The notes under the pieces were generated by a model, which was given only the letters and a program-made list of their open reading frames with translations, was not told the DNA's origin and did no database searches. A program made the translations under genes and the position numbers. 64,000 nt of DNA from Methanobacteriota archaeon. Lineage in GTDB: Archaea; Thermoplasmatota; Thermoplasmata; SG8-5; DAIRED01. Location: positions 157,868 to 221,867 of the forward strand of contig JAZDNO010000006.1 in NCBI GenBank assembly GCA_043799545.1, read 5' to 3'. This document shows positions 35,035 to 44,611 of this stretch, piece by piece; the first letter of the stretch is position 1; the number at the start of each line of letters is the position of its first letter.

Positions 35035-36900
35035 CTACGGCCCCGGATGAGCCAGACTTTTTGCGATTTCATTCTTCAGGGCTTCGCTGACGAGCCTGCC
35101 GTCGGCTCTCCCCCTCAGGCGCTTCATCGCTTCGCCCATCAGCGGGCCAGAGGCAGCAGCGCCCCTGACAAGGATCGTGCCCGCGTTCTCTTCAACGATT
35201 TGGGCGACAACCTTGCGGACTTCGTCCATGCTTGCGAGGCTCAACCCGAGGCGTTCCACGATTGACTGGAGGCCCTCGGCAGGATGGGCCGCCCTCTCCG
35301 CGTAAATCGCGGCGATGGCCTCCTTCGCAAAATCCCCCCTTGCGAGCGACCGGAACACTTCGCGCTCGAACGGTTCGTCGACCGTTCCCGCATTAGGGTC
35401 GTAAAGTATCGTGGAGAGGATGGATGGGGCCAGCCTGTCCTCGTCAACAACTGACGCGATGCTCTCGAAACGCTCCTGCTGCCCCTCGTCGACCATCTGG
35501 GCAACCATCTGGTTGCTCAGAGACGGGAACTTTTTTCGATAGCCCTCGATGCGCTGCTCGCGCGTCCGAGGGAGCGATTTCCGCAGCCGCTCCAGCATTT
35601 CCACTGTCACTCGAATCGAAGGGACGTCCGTCTCCGGGTACATCCGCGACCCGCCTGGAAGCGGCCTGCTGTATGTCGTCGAGCAGTCTACGGCCGGGTC
35701 CCGCGTCTCCTCCGGCACGCCGGCGATTGCGGCGATGGCGCGGGCCCTTACGCGCTCCAGAGCCATCAGCGCCCTATCCGTTTCGGCGGCGACGATTACG
35801 AATGCATCCCCTTCGCCGCATCCGAGAGCCTTCTTCAACGCGTCCGTCTCGGCCTGGGTGATGCCGTATCCGGGAAGCTCGTCCGTGTGGAACAATCCTT
35901 TTAGCCCGACGGAGCGGGCCTGCTGGGCGAGCTCGGCTCCGAGCCTGTCCGGGTCCTGTTCAATCCCCTTCAGTAGCCCTGAAAACCCGCGGAGGACAAT
36001 GCCGCTCACCCGACCATTTTTCGAGAGGGCGCCCCTGATGACCTTCGACTCTGTGCGGGCGAGAACGTCTGTGACGTCCAGCGGAGGGTCCTCCGGAACG
36101 ATAGCCCCTCGCTTCCTCAGCTCGCCAGCTATGCCCACCAACCTCTCCTGCCTCGCAACCTCGCGCCTTACGTAGTCCGAGATGGAGTTCAGCTCCTGGA
36201 CCCCCTTTATCTCGACCCTCGCCCCGCCAGTCACGGAGATGTTAAGGTCCTCCCGGACCGTCCCTATCCCCCGCTTGGCCTTGCAGGTGTCCCGCAGCAG
36301 CCGGCCTATCGCCAGCGCCGCCTCGCGCGCCAGCTCCGGCGTGTCTATGTCCGGGCCAGTGGCAATCTCGATCAAGGGAATTCCCAGCCTGTCGAGCCTG
36401 TACACGACAATTCCTTCCTCGATCCCCACCTTTCTGGCCGCGTCCTCTTCCAGGCATATGGTGGGTATCGAAATCTCCCGCTCGCCGACCTTCAGCCTCC
36501 CGCCTGTGGCAACGAGCGCGGTCCTCTGGAAACCCGCGGTGTTCGAGCCGTCGACCACGAGCTTTCGCATGAAATGTATCTCGTCCACCGGTCTCGCATC
36601 CAGTAGGAGCGCCATCGTCAGGGCGACCTCCACTGCCTCCCCGTTCGCCTCACGCGGCGGCTCCTCGTCCGCCTCCACCGCGCAGGTCTGCGGCGTCATC
36701 TGGTATCTGAATCTGAGACCCTTGTCGTTTTCCAGGAGGGCGGCTGGGTCGATGTCGCCCATCTCGCCGCGCGCGAGCCTGAGCCCGCGCTCGAAGATTC
36801 GCACGACGCGCTCGTCCAGCTCCGACCTGCACCTGCAGAACAGCTTAGCGGTTTCGAGCTGCTGGTGAATCTCGAGCCCGACCCTGAGTCCCCCTGCCAT
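35035..36900 (-). CDS. gatE: Glutamyl-tRNA(Gln) amidotransferase subunit E
   Basis: N-terminus GLEIHQQLETAKLFCRC, 621 aa, with the archaea-specific GatE layout including a C-terminal GatB/YqeY-like tail. Confidence 0.95.
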   Translation of the reverse strand: MAGGLRVGLEIHQQLETAKLFCRCRSELDERVVRIFERGLRLARGEMGDIDPAALLENDKGLRFRYQMTPQTCAVEADEEPPREANGEAVEVALTMALLLDARPVDEIHFMRKLVVDGSNTAGFQRTALVATGGRLKVGEREISIPTICLEEDAARKVGIEEGIVVYRLDRLGIPLIEIATGPDIDTPELAREAALAIGRLLRDTCKAKRGIGTVREDLNISVTGGARVEIKGVQELNSISDYVRREVARQERLVGIAGELRKRGAIVPEDPPLDVTDVLARTESKVIRGALSKNGRVSGIVLRGFSGLLKGIEQDPDRLGAELAQQARSVGLKGLFHTDELPGYGITQAETDALKKALGCGEGDAFVIVAAETDRALMALERVRARAIAAIAGVPEETRDPAVDCSTTYSRPLPGGSRMYPETDVPSIRVTVEMLERLRKSLPRTREQRIEGYRKKFPSLSNQMVAQMVDEGQQERFESIASVVDEDRLAPSILSTILYDPNAGTVDEPFEREVFRSLARGDFAKEAIAAIYAERAAHPAEGLQSIVERLGLSLASMDEVRKVVAQIVEENAGTILVRGAAASGPLMGEAMKRLRGRADGRLVSEALKNEIAKSLAHPGP

Positions 36901-36972
36901 GCTGCCTGATATCCCCTCGGTCCCATAAACGGCTTTCGATTCGCAACAGTTATCTATCCCCGTCGCGATGAA

Positions 36973-37854
36973 GTGCCGATGCCCGCCACGATAATTGACG
37001 GAAAGTCGATTTCAGAGCAGATAATGGCCGAGGTCGCAAGAGATGTTGCAGCCCTGAAGGCTAGGAACGTGACTCCTGGTTTGGCAGTCATCATCGTCGG
37101 GGACGACCCGGCATCCCTTTCGTACGTCTCGGGAAAGGAGAAGGCGTGCGCGCGGCTTGGCATGCAATCCGAGATTCTCAGGCTGCCAACAACGACCCAG
37201 ATGGCCGAGTTGCTCAAAGCGGTCGACGGCTTGAACCGGCGCCCGGAGATACACGGCCTGCTCGTTCAAAGCCCTCTTCCGGGTGGTCTGGACGAGGGGT
37301 GCGTAATCGAGGCAATCGACCCCCGAAAAGACGTCGACGGCTTCCACCCGCTCAACATCGGCAGGATGCTGGCCGGTCAGGATTCGCTTTTGCCTTGCAC
37401 GCCTGCCGGGATTGTCGAGATGCTCCTCCGAAGCGGCCACGACCCGTGCGGGAGACACGCGGTCATCGTCGGCCGAAGCAACATCGTCGGACGCCCGCTG
37501 GCGAACCTCCTTTCGAGAAAAGGCCGGGGCGGGGACGCGACGGTGACGCTGTGCCACTCGCGCACTCCGAACCTCGCCCACTTCACCACCCAGGCCGACA
37601 TCCTTGTAGCGGCCGTGGGAAAGCCAGGCGCAATTACGGCGGAGATGGTGAAGGAAGGCGCGGTCGTAATCGACGTCGGCGTCAACCGCATCCCAGACGC
37701 TTCAGCGAAGAAGGGCTACAGACTCGTGGGCGACGTGGATTTCGATGGGGTATCGATGAAGGCGGGGGCGATAACCCCCGTGCCGGGCGGAGTCGGCCTC
37801 ATGACGGTGGCGATGCTGATGAAGAACACGGCGAAGGCCGCGGCACCCGCCTGA
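36973..37854 (+). CDS. folD: Bifunctional methylenetetrahydrofolate dehydrogenase/cyclohydrolase
   Basis: [11 protein letters not shown]...[60 protein letters not shown]. Confidence 0.95.
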   Translation: MPMPATIIDGKSISEQIMAEVARDVAALKARNVTPGLAVIIVGDDPASLSYVSGKEKACARLGMQSEILRLPTTTQMAELLKAVDGLNRRPEIHGLLVQSPLPGGLDEGCVIEAIDPRKDVDGFHPLNIGRMLAGQDSLLPCTPAGIVEMLLRSGHDPCGRHAVIVGRSNIVGRPLANLLSRKGRGGDATVTLCHSRTPNLAHFTTQADILVAAVGKPGAITAEMVKEGAVVIDVGVNRIPDASAKKGYRLVGDVDFDGVSMKAGAITPVPGGVGLMTVAMLMKNTAKAAAPA

Positions 37855-37905
37855 GAAAGCTTTTATAACCGCTGGGCATGCGCCATCCAATTCAGAGGGG
37901 CTTTT

Positions 37906-39300
37906 ATGCCAGAGCAAACAACCAATCAGGATGCTAGCCAGAAGAAGGTGATGAACCGCTGGGTAATCGTCATAGGGGCGATAATGATACAGCTGGCCCT
38001 GGGCGCGATATACGCCTGGTCGGCGTTCACGACGCCGTTGCAGGGCACTGCGGCGGCGCCGAGCGAGTACGGGTTCACGAAACTTGAAGTCCAGCTGATA
38101 TTCAGCGCCGGCCTCGCCGCGTTTGCAATCATGACCATTATCGGCGGACGCATGATGAAGAAGTACGGGCCGAGGACGATGGCCATGATGGGCGGCATCG
38201 TGCTGGGCCTGGGATACATCCTCGGGGGACTCGTCGGCGCGAGCTTCCCGGGCAAGCTGGCGACAATCGGCATAATCGGCGGAGCGGGCATTGGCCTCGC
38301 GTACGTCGTGCCGATAGCCACGGGCGTGAAATGGTTCCCCGACAAAAAAGGCCTGGTCAGCGGAATCGCCGTCGCGGGATTCGGCTTCGGCGCCTTCATC
38401 TGGATTCTCCTGGCGAACCCGCCGAGCATCCTGGGATTCGACGGGCTCATAGTCAAAGAGGCAATAACCGATCCGCTCACCCAGTTCGCCTACACCGTGG
38501 CCAATGTCGACGCGGTCTTCATGATTTACGGGGTTCTGTTCCTCGTGCTGGTCGTTCTTGGCTCGCTGGTGATGGTCAACCCCCCTGACGGATGGAAGCC
38601 CGCGGGTTGGAACCCGCCGGCTCCGGCGCCAGGAAAGGCGGCATTCAAGGGATTCTCGCCCAAGGAGATGCTCAAGACGCCGCAGTACTACATGCTGTGG
38701 ACGATGTTCATCTTCGGCGCACTAGCTGGTCTAATGGTGATAGGGAACGTGCAGAACTTCGCCAAGAACGCGACCGACGGTTTCGCCGGGCACGGCTTCA
38801 CTGCGGAGCAGGCGGCCGATTTCGCGGTCATAGGCGCGGCTGTCTGCCTTCCCATATTCAACGGAGCCGGGCGCATAGTTTGGGGCCTGGTATCGGACAA
38901 AATCGGGCGCAGGATGGCGCTCGTGTCCATGTTCCTGTTCCAGGGAATAATGATGGCCGCATTCTTCTACACGACGGGGAGCGAGTATCTGTTCTACGTC
39001 GTGGCGGCGCTCATCGGATTCAACTTCGGCGGCAACTTCGCCCTGTTCCCCGCGGCGACGGCGGACTCGTTCGGCTCCGACACAGTGGGCATCAACTACG
39101 GCTACGTTTTCACGGCTTACGGCATAGGCGGAATAGCCGGCCCGTTCATCGCTGGCTATGTGCAGGACAACGGGATGTCGTTCACGTACGCGTTCATCCC
39201 GGCGGCAATCTTGTGCTTCATCGCGATGGCGATGGCCCTCGCGTACAAACCGGAGGCTACGAGGAAGGAAACCGTGGTAGCTGAACCTTCGAAGCAGTGA
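37906..39300 (+). CDS. MFS transporter, oxalate/formate antiporter (OFA)-like
   Basis: 464 aa with 12 predicted TM helices. N-terminus NRWVIVIGAIMIQLALGAIYAWS, typical of OFA-family MFS proteins. Confidence 0.88.
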   Translation: MPEQTTNQDASQKKVMNRWVIVIGAIMIQLALGAIYAWSAFTTPLQGTAAAPSEYGFTKLEVQLIFSAGLAAFAIMTIIGGRMMKKYGPRTMAMMGGIVLGLGYILGGLVGASFPGKLATIGIIGGAGIGLAYVVPIATGVKWFPDKKGLVSGIAVAGFGFGAFIWILLANPPSILGFDGLIVKEAITDPLTQFAYTVANVDAVFMIYGVLFLVLVVLGSLVMVNPPDGWKPAGWNPPAPAPGKAAFKGFSPKEMLKTPQYYMLWTMFIFGALAGLMVIGNVQNFAKNATDGFAGHGFTAEQAADFAVIGAAVCLPIFNGAGRIVWGLVSDKIGRRMALVSMFLFQGIMMAAFFYTTGSEYLFYVVAALIGFNFGGNFALFPAATADSFGSDTVGINYGYVFTAYGIGGIAGPFIAGYVQDNGMSFTYAFIPAAILCFIAMAMALAYKPEATRKETVVAEPSKQ

Positions 39301-39333
39301 TGTCATCCTCAATAGCCTGACTCGATTGTGCGC

Positions 39334-39726
39334 TCAGTACGGCAGCCCCGCGGGCGTCAGCGCGTCCGCCATCAGGTGAGTCGCGAAGCCCCAGGGCACG
39401 AAGAGCACTGCGTGGTGGCGCCACAGGTCGTCGGGCATGAGGTAGAGCCCGATTCCGCTGATGATGAGGCAAGCCGCCAGCGCCCTCCAGCTGTGGAATC
39501 CGCCCCTGTGGTCGCTTCTCCCGCCGGGCTCGAGGATGTCGGGGAGCGCCGACAAAAAGACGGCCTCGCCGACGCCCAATGCCATGATGGCGTACGGCAG
39601 GTCGATGTAATATCTGTCGAGGGCGTAGATGGCAGCCGCTGTGAGGATTAGGGTGAAAAGGACGTGGCCCCGGCGGTTCATGCGAGGGTCATCGCGGTCC
39701 TGAGAAAAAGGGTTTGCCCCGCTCAA
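39334..39726 (-). CDS. Membrane-bound metal-dependent hydrolase, YdjM/DUF457-like
   Basis: GHVLFTL..., DHRGGFHSW and THLMADALTPAGLPY match the DUF457 pattern. The alternative start is Met16. Confidence 0.65.
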   Translation of the reverse strand: MSGANPFSQDRDDPRMNRRGHVLFTLILTAAAIYALDRYYIDLPYAIMALGVGEAVFLSALPDILEPGGRSDHRGGFHSWRALAACLIISGIGLYLMPDDLWRHHAVLFVPWGFATHLMADALTPAGLPY

Positions 39727-40346
39727 CCCTGCCCCAGGCCAAGCTTAAGCAGTACATCCAGGCCAGAGATGATGAACTGGATAGACATGGCGACCAGCAG
39801 CATCCCCATTATCTTCGATATCACGCTGATGACCTGCGGGCCTACGACCTTGTTTATGCGGTAGGACTGGCGCAGGATGACCCAGGTGATGAAAATCGAG
39901 AGGATGGCTGCGGCTACGGTGACGGCGTACCCGTAATCCGTGACGTAGACGATGGTCGTAGTTAGCACTCCTGGGCCCGTGATGAGCGGCGTGCCGATGA
40001 TGATGGCCGCTGCGTGGACGTCCTTGTGCTTCCCCTCGTCCTCCTTGGACCAAGAGAACCCCAGCACCAGCTCCAGCCCCAGGAGCATCAGGATGATGCC
40101 CCCGCCGACCTTGAGCGCATCGATGGTGATGTCGAGGCTGTCAAGAATGAGCACGCCGAAGAAGATGAAAACGAATATGAGGCCCCCGGCGACGGCAACG
40201 GCTTGGTCGGCGCTGCTCCTCATGACCGCCTCAGGCTCGTCCTTGGAGATTCCCAGGAGAACGGGGATGGACACGAAGGGGTCCATTATGACGAAGAGGC
40301 CGGTGAACGCGGCCGTGAAGTTTACCATGAATAGGGCGAGGTCCAT
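39723..40346 (-). CDS. MarC-family (UPF0056) integral membrane protein
   Basis: FTAAFTGLFVIMDPFVSIPVLLGI and six TM helices. 207 aa. Confidence 0.85.
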   Translation of the reverse strand: MDLALFMVNFTAAFTGLFVIMDPFVSIPVLLGISKDEPEAVMRSSADQAVAVAGGLIFVFIFFGVLILDSLDITIDALKVGGGIILMLLGLELVLGFSWSKEDEGKHKDVHAAAIIIGTPLITGPGVLTTTIVYVTDYGYAVTVAAAILSIFITWVILRQSYRINKVVGPQVISVISKIMGMLLVAMSIQFIISGLDVLLKLGLGQG

Positions 40347-40469
40347 GGCCTTGGAATCGGGGTCATGTTTAATACCCTTTCCCCGTTTGGGGAAACTGCA
40401 TGAAAATCGGGCTCGATAGAAAGGGATTTATCGGGGCAACACTTCCGCGATTAGCAGGTACGTGACGCA

Positions 40470-41312
40470 GTGAGCGACGAAACCATCAAGAAAAACATCA
40501 TCCTTCTCGGGGACGGGGCTGTCGGCAAGACCAGCCTCATCCGCAGGTTCGTCATCGACCAGTTCGACGACAAGTACCTCACGACCATCGGGACGAAGAT
40601 AACGAAGAAGGACGTCTACCTGAAGAACGGGGACGGCCCCACCCACATGGTCCTCCTCGTCTGGGACATCCTCGGACAGAAGGGCTACCGCTACACTCAG
40701 GCGCTATCGTTCGGAGGTATCGAGGGCGCAATCCTCGTCTGCGACATCACGCGCAAGGCGACGCTGGAGAGCCTGCGCGATTACTGGATGCCCTCGCTGA
40801 TAGGGGTCACCGGACCGGTCCCCATGATAATAATCGCCAACAAGGGCGATCTGGCCGATGAGGCTGAATTCGGAGAGAAGGACATCAGGAAGCTCGCAGA
40901 GGAAAATGGGGGACTGGGCGTGGACGAGAAATGCTACGTCACGAGCGCAAAAACGGGCAAGAACGTCGACCAGGCCTTCCACCACCTGGCCCAGATGGTC
41001 AAGGAGGTCAACGCCAGGGTGAAGGCCGAGATGCCAAAGGGTAATTTGGACCGAAAACGCATCAAAACGCTTACAGACGCGGCCGACCAGATAATGGCCG
41101 ATTTCAGCATGCAGCACGGCGGGCTGGAGAACGCGACGCCGATAATCAAACACCAAATCGAGGAGGTGGGGGTCGACATCAACAACCCGACCCGCAAATC
41201 TTTGGTGGAGCTGGTCAACGCCCTCGCCGTCGTGGAGAAGAACTTCAAGCCCCCGGAGGTCGTCAGCCTCAACCGGGCGAAGCGATTGTACATGATAAAT
41301 CTAGTGAAGTGA
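40470..41312 (+). CDS. Ras-superfamily (Rab/Ras-like) small GTPase with a ~100-aa C-terminal extension
   Basis: G1 GDGAVGKT, switch I YLTTIGT, G3 WDILGQ, G4 NKGD, G5 TSAK(TGKNVDQAF). GTG start. No CaaX/CC tail. Confidence 0.85.
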   Translation: MSDETIKKNIILLGDGAVGKTSLIRRFVIDQFDDKYLTTIGTKITKKDVYLKNGDGPTHMVLLVWDILGQKGYRYTQALSFGGIEGAILVCDITRKATLESLRDYWMPSLIGVTGPVPMIIIANKGDLADEAEFGEKDIRKLAEENGGLGVDEKCYVTSAKTGKNVDQAFHHLAQMVKEVNARVKAEMPKGNLDRKRIKTLTDAADQIMADFSMQHGGLENATPIIKHQIEEVGVDINNPTRKSLVELVNALAVVEKNFKPPEVVSLNRAKRLYMINLVK

Positions 41313-44300
41313 ACAAGTCTCATCGGAAGATTGCCATTCTCCGATGAGCCGATCGAGCATGGCGCCTATGGGCTCGAGGTCCCTGGAGCTCCCGTTCCAC
41401 TTCTCAAGGGATGGATAATCGAGTTCTATCTTTTCCACAAGCTCGCGTATCCGCGCGTTGAGCTTCCCGTTCATGTCGCCCGTGTAGATGACGGCCAGGT
41501 AAGTCCGTTTCCCCCGCTCGATGAGTATCTCCTTCTCCCCGAACTCCAGCTTCTTCACGTGGTCTGTGTCCTTCTCCGACAGCGAGTCGCTCACGAATTG
41601 CTGGACGGCCGTGAGCATGCTGCTGACGAGGTCCTCGTCGAGGTCGCGCCTCATCGAGCTGGCCGCCGACCTGTGGGATATCAGCCGTCCGTCCCTGTAG
41701 ATGAAGAAGACGTCCGTGATTCCGGGAGGGGTGGGCTTGTACAGCCACCACAGTCCGAGCGCCAGCGACGCAATCGCCGCGACCGCTCCGACGCCTGACC
41801 ATGGCCAGTATATCTTCTCCCAGATGGTCGGTACGCTCTCGATGGACAGCTCGATGTCTCCCTGCCCGACTGTGCCCATGTATCCCCCGACCTGGTCGAC
41901 CACGCTCATCTCGGCGTGCACGGAGGCGCTCGAAGCGCCCCTGCCCGTGTCCCGGGCTGTGAAAGTCACCGCGAAAGAATGCGGGCCGGGACCGACGTCC
42001 GAGAAGTTCCAGTATGCCATACGTCCTGACCTCTGGAAGACCTGGTTGCTGCCGTTGATGGCCAGGGAATCGGGGACGTTCAGCGAGATGTTGACCGCGG
42101 ACGCAGTGCCGTACCCGGTGTTGTTGTAGTAGGCGGTGGCAACAAAGTTGTCTCCTGGGTGAACAACAGTCGCCGCGCCCACGAATGAGAAGGCCATGCC
42201 CGAGGCCAGGGCGGCCACGACGCGCGGCTGGCCGGAGGCGGCGGACCTCACGTGGCCGGCGGTATCGGCGTAGTCGACCGAGAACTCTGTTTCCAGAAGC
42301 TCGCCGTGGGACACGCCCTCAAACAGGGTGGCGTTGCAAGATACGCTGACGTTGGCCAGGGGCTCAACTTGCCCCAGATTCCACAGGACCCTTCCGCCGT
42401 TGGCGCTCCCCTGCGTGGAGTCGGCGTATGACAGGCTCCCGTCAAGGGTGCAGTTGAGCCAGACCTTCGAGGCCGGGCCCTCGCCCCGGTTCTCTATGTG
42501 GACGACGTAGCGCGCGACTCCGCCTATGTCCAGCGCGTCGTCGAGGCATTCGGCCCAGAGGCCGACGACAGGCGCCCTCGGTATAATGCTGGAGGAGGCG
42601 GGAACAGATGACACAGAGACGTCCAGCGGGTCGGTGTAGGCGAGCGACGCCCCCGAAGCGTGGACCGTTCCGTTCTCGACGCCGGCCTTGACGACCGCAT
42701 CTATCCACATGTGGTATCTTCCCGGAGCCACGTCCGCGAACGCGAAGCGCGCGGTCGCCATCGAGGCGTTCACCTGCTGCGAAACAACCCTGAGCCCGAC
42801 GGAGTCGCTCCCCCAGGATGCGTAGTCCACGCAGGCGGTTGGGAGGGATATGTTCAGCCACGCGAAAGACGAATTCTGCCATGCCGTGTTGTTAATGAAG
42901 ACCTGGAGGCGGACGGGCTCGCCCGGTATCGGCCTTGCGTCGCTCCACCCGCAATCGAGGGTCAGCACCGGGTCTGCGCCGACGAAAACTAGACGTAGCC
43001 ATTCGACTTCCGGCGATACGGACGAGTCTCCCGAGTGCAGGACGGCGCGGAACCTGATTCTCGCTCCCGACGCCGCAGGTACGGTCCCGCGCATGTCCCC
43101 GTTCGCGGGCACAGGCGTCCAGATTGCCCCGCCGTCCATTGAGAATTCATAGAGGACGGCCTGCCCGTTCAAGTCTTCCGAATGCGTGAAAATCCCCCAG
43201 TCCGTCACCGATGACGGGGTGAAATCCCCCGTCTCGACCGAGCCGTTTTCGTGGTACTTCTCGTATGAGGCCGTGAAGCTGTCCAGAGTCGGCGTCCTGT
43301 TTGTGTAGGACGTGTCCAGGTCGGCCATGAACTGGAAATACCTCGTGGGCTGCAGGAACAGGCCGGAGCCGGACGGATCGGCCAGCTCGTTGGACCAGGG
43401 GGACCACGAGTTGTCGTAAGTGTTGTTCGAGTTGCCGGAGCGCACGCGGACCGTGACGTTCGAGCCGAAAGGCTCGCCCTCCAGCCAGCTGGCGCTATTC
43501 CAGAACGAGAGGGAGCCGGAGTCGAAGACCTCGGAGACGTACCTGCCAGTCGGATGGTATGCCCTGTACTTCACGGAGGCGTTGTCCCAGAGGTGGAAAA
43601 TCGAAGCGGATGCCGTATTGTAGGTTACGTCTCCGGTGCTGTCGGTCACGGTGGCGAGCGAAAGGTTGTATTGCCCTGCCTCGTTGAAGAATGTGGAGTC
43701 CAGGATGCCGCCGAGCCGGGCGTACGGCCTTGAAGCAGTCAACGTCCCGGTGTCGTTTAGGGAAACGCTGGCGTTCGTTCGGTTGTTGAACACATCCACA
43801 TGGGCTACAGCTCCGGGGGAGAAGGGCGCGTCTGTGTTGACAAACTCGTGCATCGCGGATGTTTCGACGCTGTAGGGCAAGCTCGGCAGGGAGAACGTCT
43901 GGTTGAGCCAGATCCACGTCGTTCCGCCTTCTGTGGCAAGAAAATCTTGAAACGAGTTGTTCCAGCATGTACCGTCATCCAGGTATCCGTATTGCATGAC
44001 TCTCGCCTGGCTGTTGGCGATGCACGACCCATCTTGTGGCGAGTAGGAGTCATAACGCCAATAATCCGCTGTAATTCCCAGGGTCGGCGCCGAGAAATTC
44101 CCGTTCTTGAGGAGTTCCACGGGGTTCGTCAAGCCCAGGCGCACGTCGCCGCTGGCGTTTCCCTCCGTTCGAGTGAAGTTGCCTCCCTGGAAATCCGCGG
44201 CGGAGTCCAGAGTCCACGACAATGACCGGAACGACAGCTCAGCGCCCTCCGGCCCCACCGTCGCGTTGGTCAGGGCGAAGCCTGTGGAGCCCGCGAAATT

Positions 44301-44528
44301 CCACTCTGCGGTCGTGGTGCCGTCCGGGTTCGCGGACAGCGCGGGTTCGGACGATGCCGCGGGCTGCGCGGACAGCGCTGCCAGGCTAAACAGCAGGCAA
44401 GCGGAGAGCAGCGTTGCCGGCCCGGCGGCTTTCAACCGTGGACAGACTCGGTCAGGCTTGGGGTTCAACGGGCGATAATACATGGATGCTGCATTTAAAT
44501 ATTGCGAAAGGGGGCTTCGCTTCAGCAT
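41301..44528 (-). CDS. Giant single-pass surface protein (Ig/CARDB/DUF11-like repeats) with a cytoplasmic Roadblock/longin-like tail
   Basis: The ORF extends to 44549, but the TATA-like ctatatataattaac (44551-44565) fits ATG 44528 better. Hydrophobic signal LLSACLLFSLAALSA, then a repeat pattern V.N.G...A..V.L...L...L, then TM WSGVGAVAAIASLALGLWWLY, then a 145-aa tail (41304..41738). Confidence 0.8.
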   Translation of the reverse strand: MLKRSPLSQYLNAASMYYRPLNPKPDRVCPRLKAAGPATLLSACLLFSLAALSAQPAASSEPALSANPDGTTTAEWNFAGSTGFALTNATVGPEGAELSFRSLSWTLDSAADFQGGNFTRTEGNASGDVRLGLTNPVELLKNGNFSAPTLGITADYWRYDSYSPQDGSCIANSQARVMQYGYLDDGTCWNNSFQDFLATEGGTTWIWLNQTFSLPSLPYSVETSAMHEFVNTDAPFSPGAVAHVDVFNNRTNASVSLNDTGTLTASRPYARLGGILDSTFFNEAGQYNLSLATVTDSTGDVTYNTASASIFHLWDNASVKYRAYHPTGRYVSEVFDSGSLSFWNSASWLEGEPFGSNVTVRVRSGNSNNTYDNSWSPWSNELADPSGSGLFLQPTRYFQFMADLDTSYTNRTPTLDSFTASYEKYHENGSVETGDFTPSSVTDWGIFTHSEDLNGQAVLYEFSMDGGAIWTPVPANGDMRGTVPAASGARIRFRAVLHSGDSSVSPEVEWLRLVFVGADPVLTLDCGWSDARPIPGEPVRLQVFINNTAWQNSSFAWLNISLPTACVDYASWGSDSVGLRVVSQQVNASMATARFAFADVAPGRYHMWIDAVVKAGVENGTVHASGASLAYTDPLDVSVSSVPASSSIIPRAPVVGLWAECLDDALDIGGVARYVVHIENRGEGPASKVWLNCTLDGSLSYADSTQGSANGGRVLWNLGQVEPLANVSVSCNATLFEGVSHGELLETEFSVDYADTAGHVRSAASGQPRVVAALASGMAFSFVGAATVVHPGDNFVATAYYNNTGYGTASAVNISLNVPDSLAINGSNQVFQRSGRMAYWNFSDVGPGPHSFAVTFTARDTGRGASSASVHAEMSVVDQVGGYMGTVGQGDIELSIESVPTIWEKIYWPWSGVGAVAAIASLALGLWWLYKPTPPGITDVFFIYRDGRLISHRSAASSMRRDLDEDLVSSMLTAVQQFVSDSLSEKDTDHVKKLEFGEKEILIERGKRTYLAVIYTGDMNGKLNARIRELVEKIELDYPSLEKWNGSSRDLEPIGAMLDRLIGEWQSSDETCSLH

Positions 44529-44611
44529 TGGCTCGTTGCGAAAATGCACAGTTAATTATATATAGGGTTAGCGATAAGGCTTAAATATCATCTTGTACAT
44601 CCATATACATA

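Noticed and set aside
34904-35050. 48-aa Cys-containing ORF (MTTQLERPARMTPDLMAFCKGFLLTRGDCVERACIFCRAFLIRLYGPG) in the 198-bp gap before the gatE 3' end
   Set aside because: It is below any reliable length, has no clear promoter or RBS, and overlaps the gatE stop. It cannot be supported from sequence alone, though Ribo-seq could revive it.
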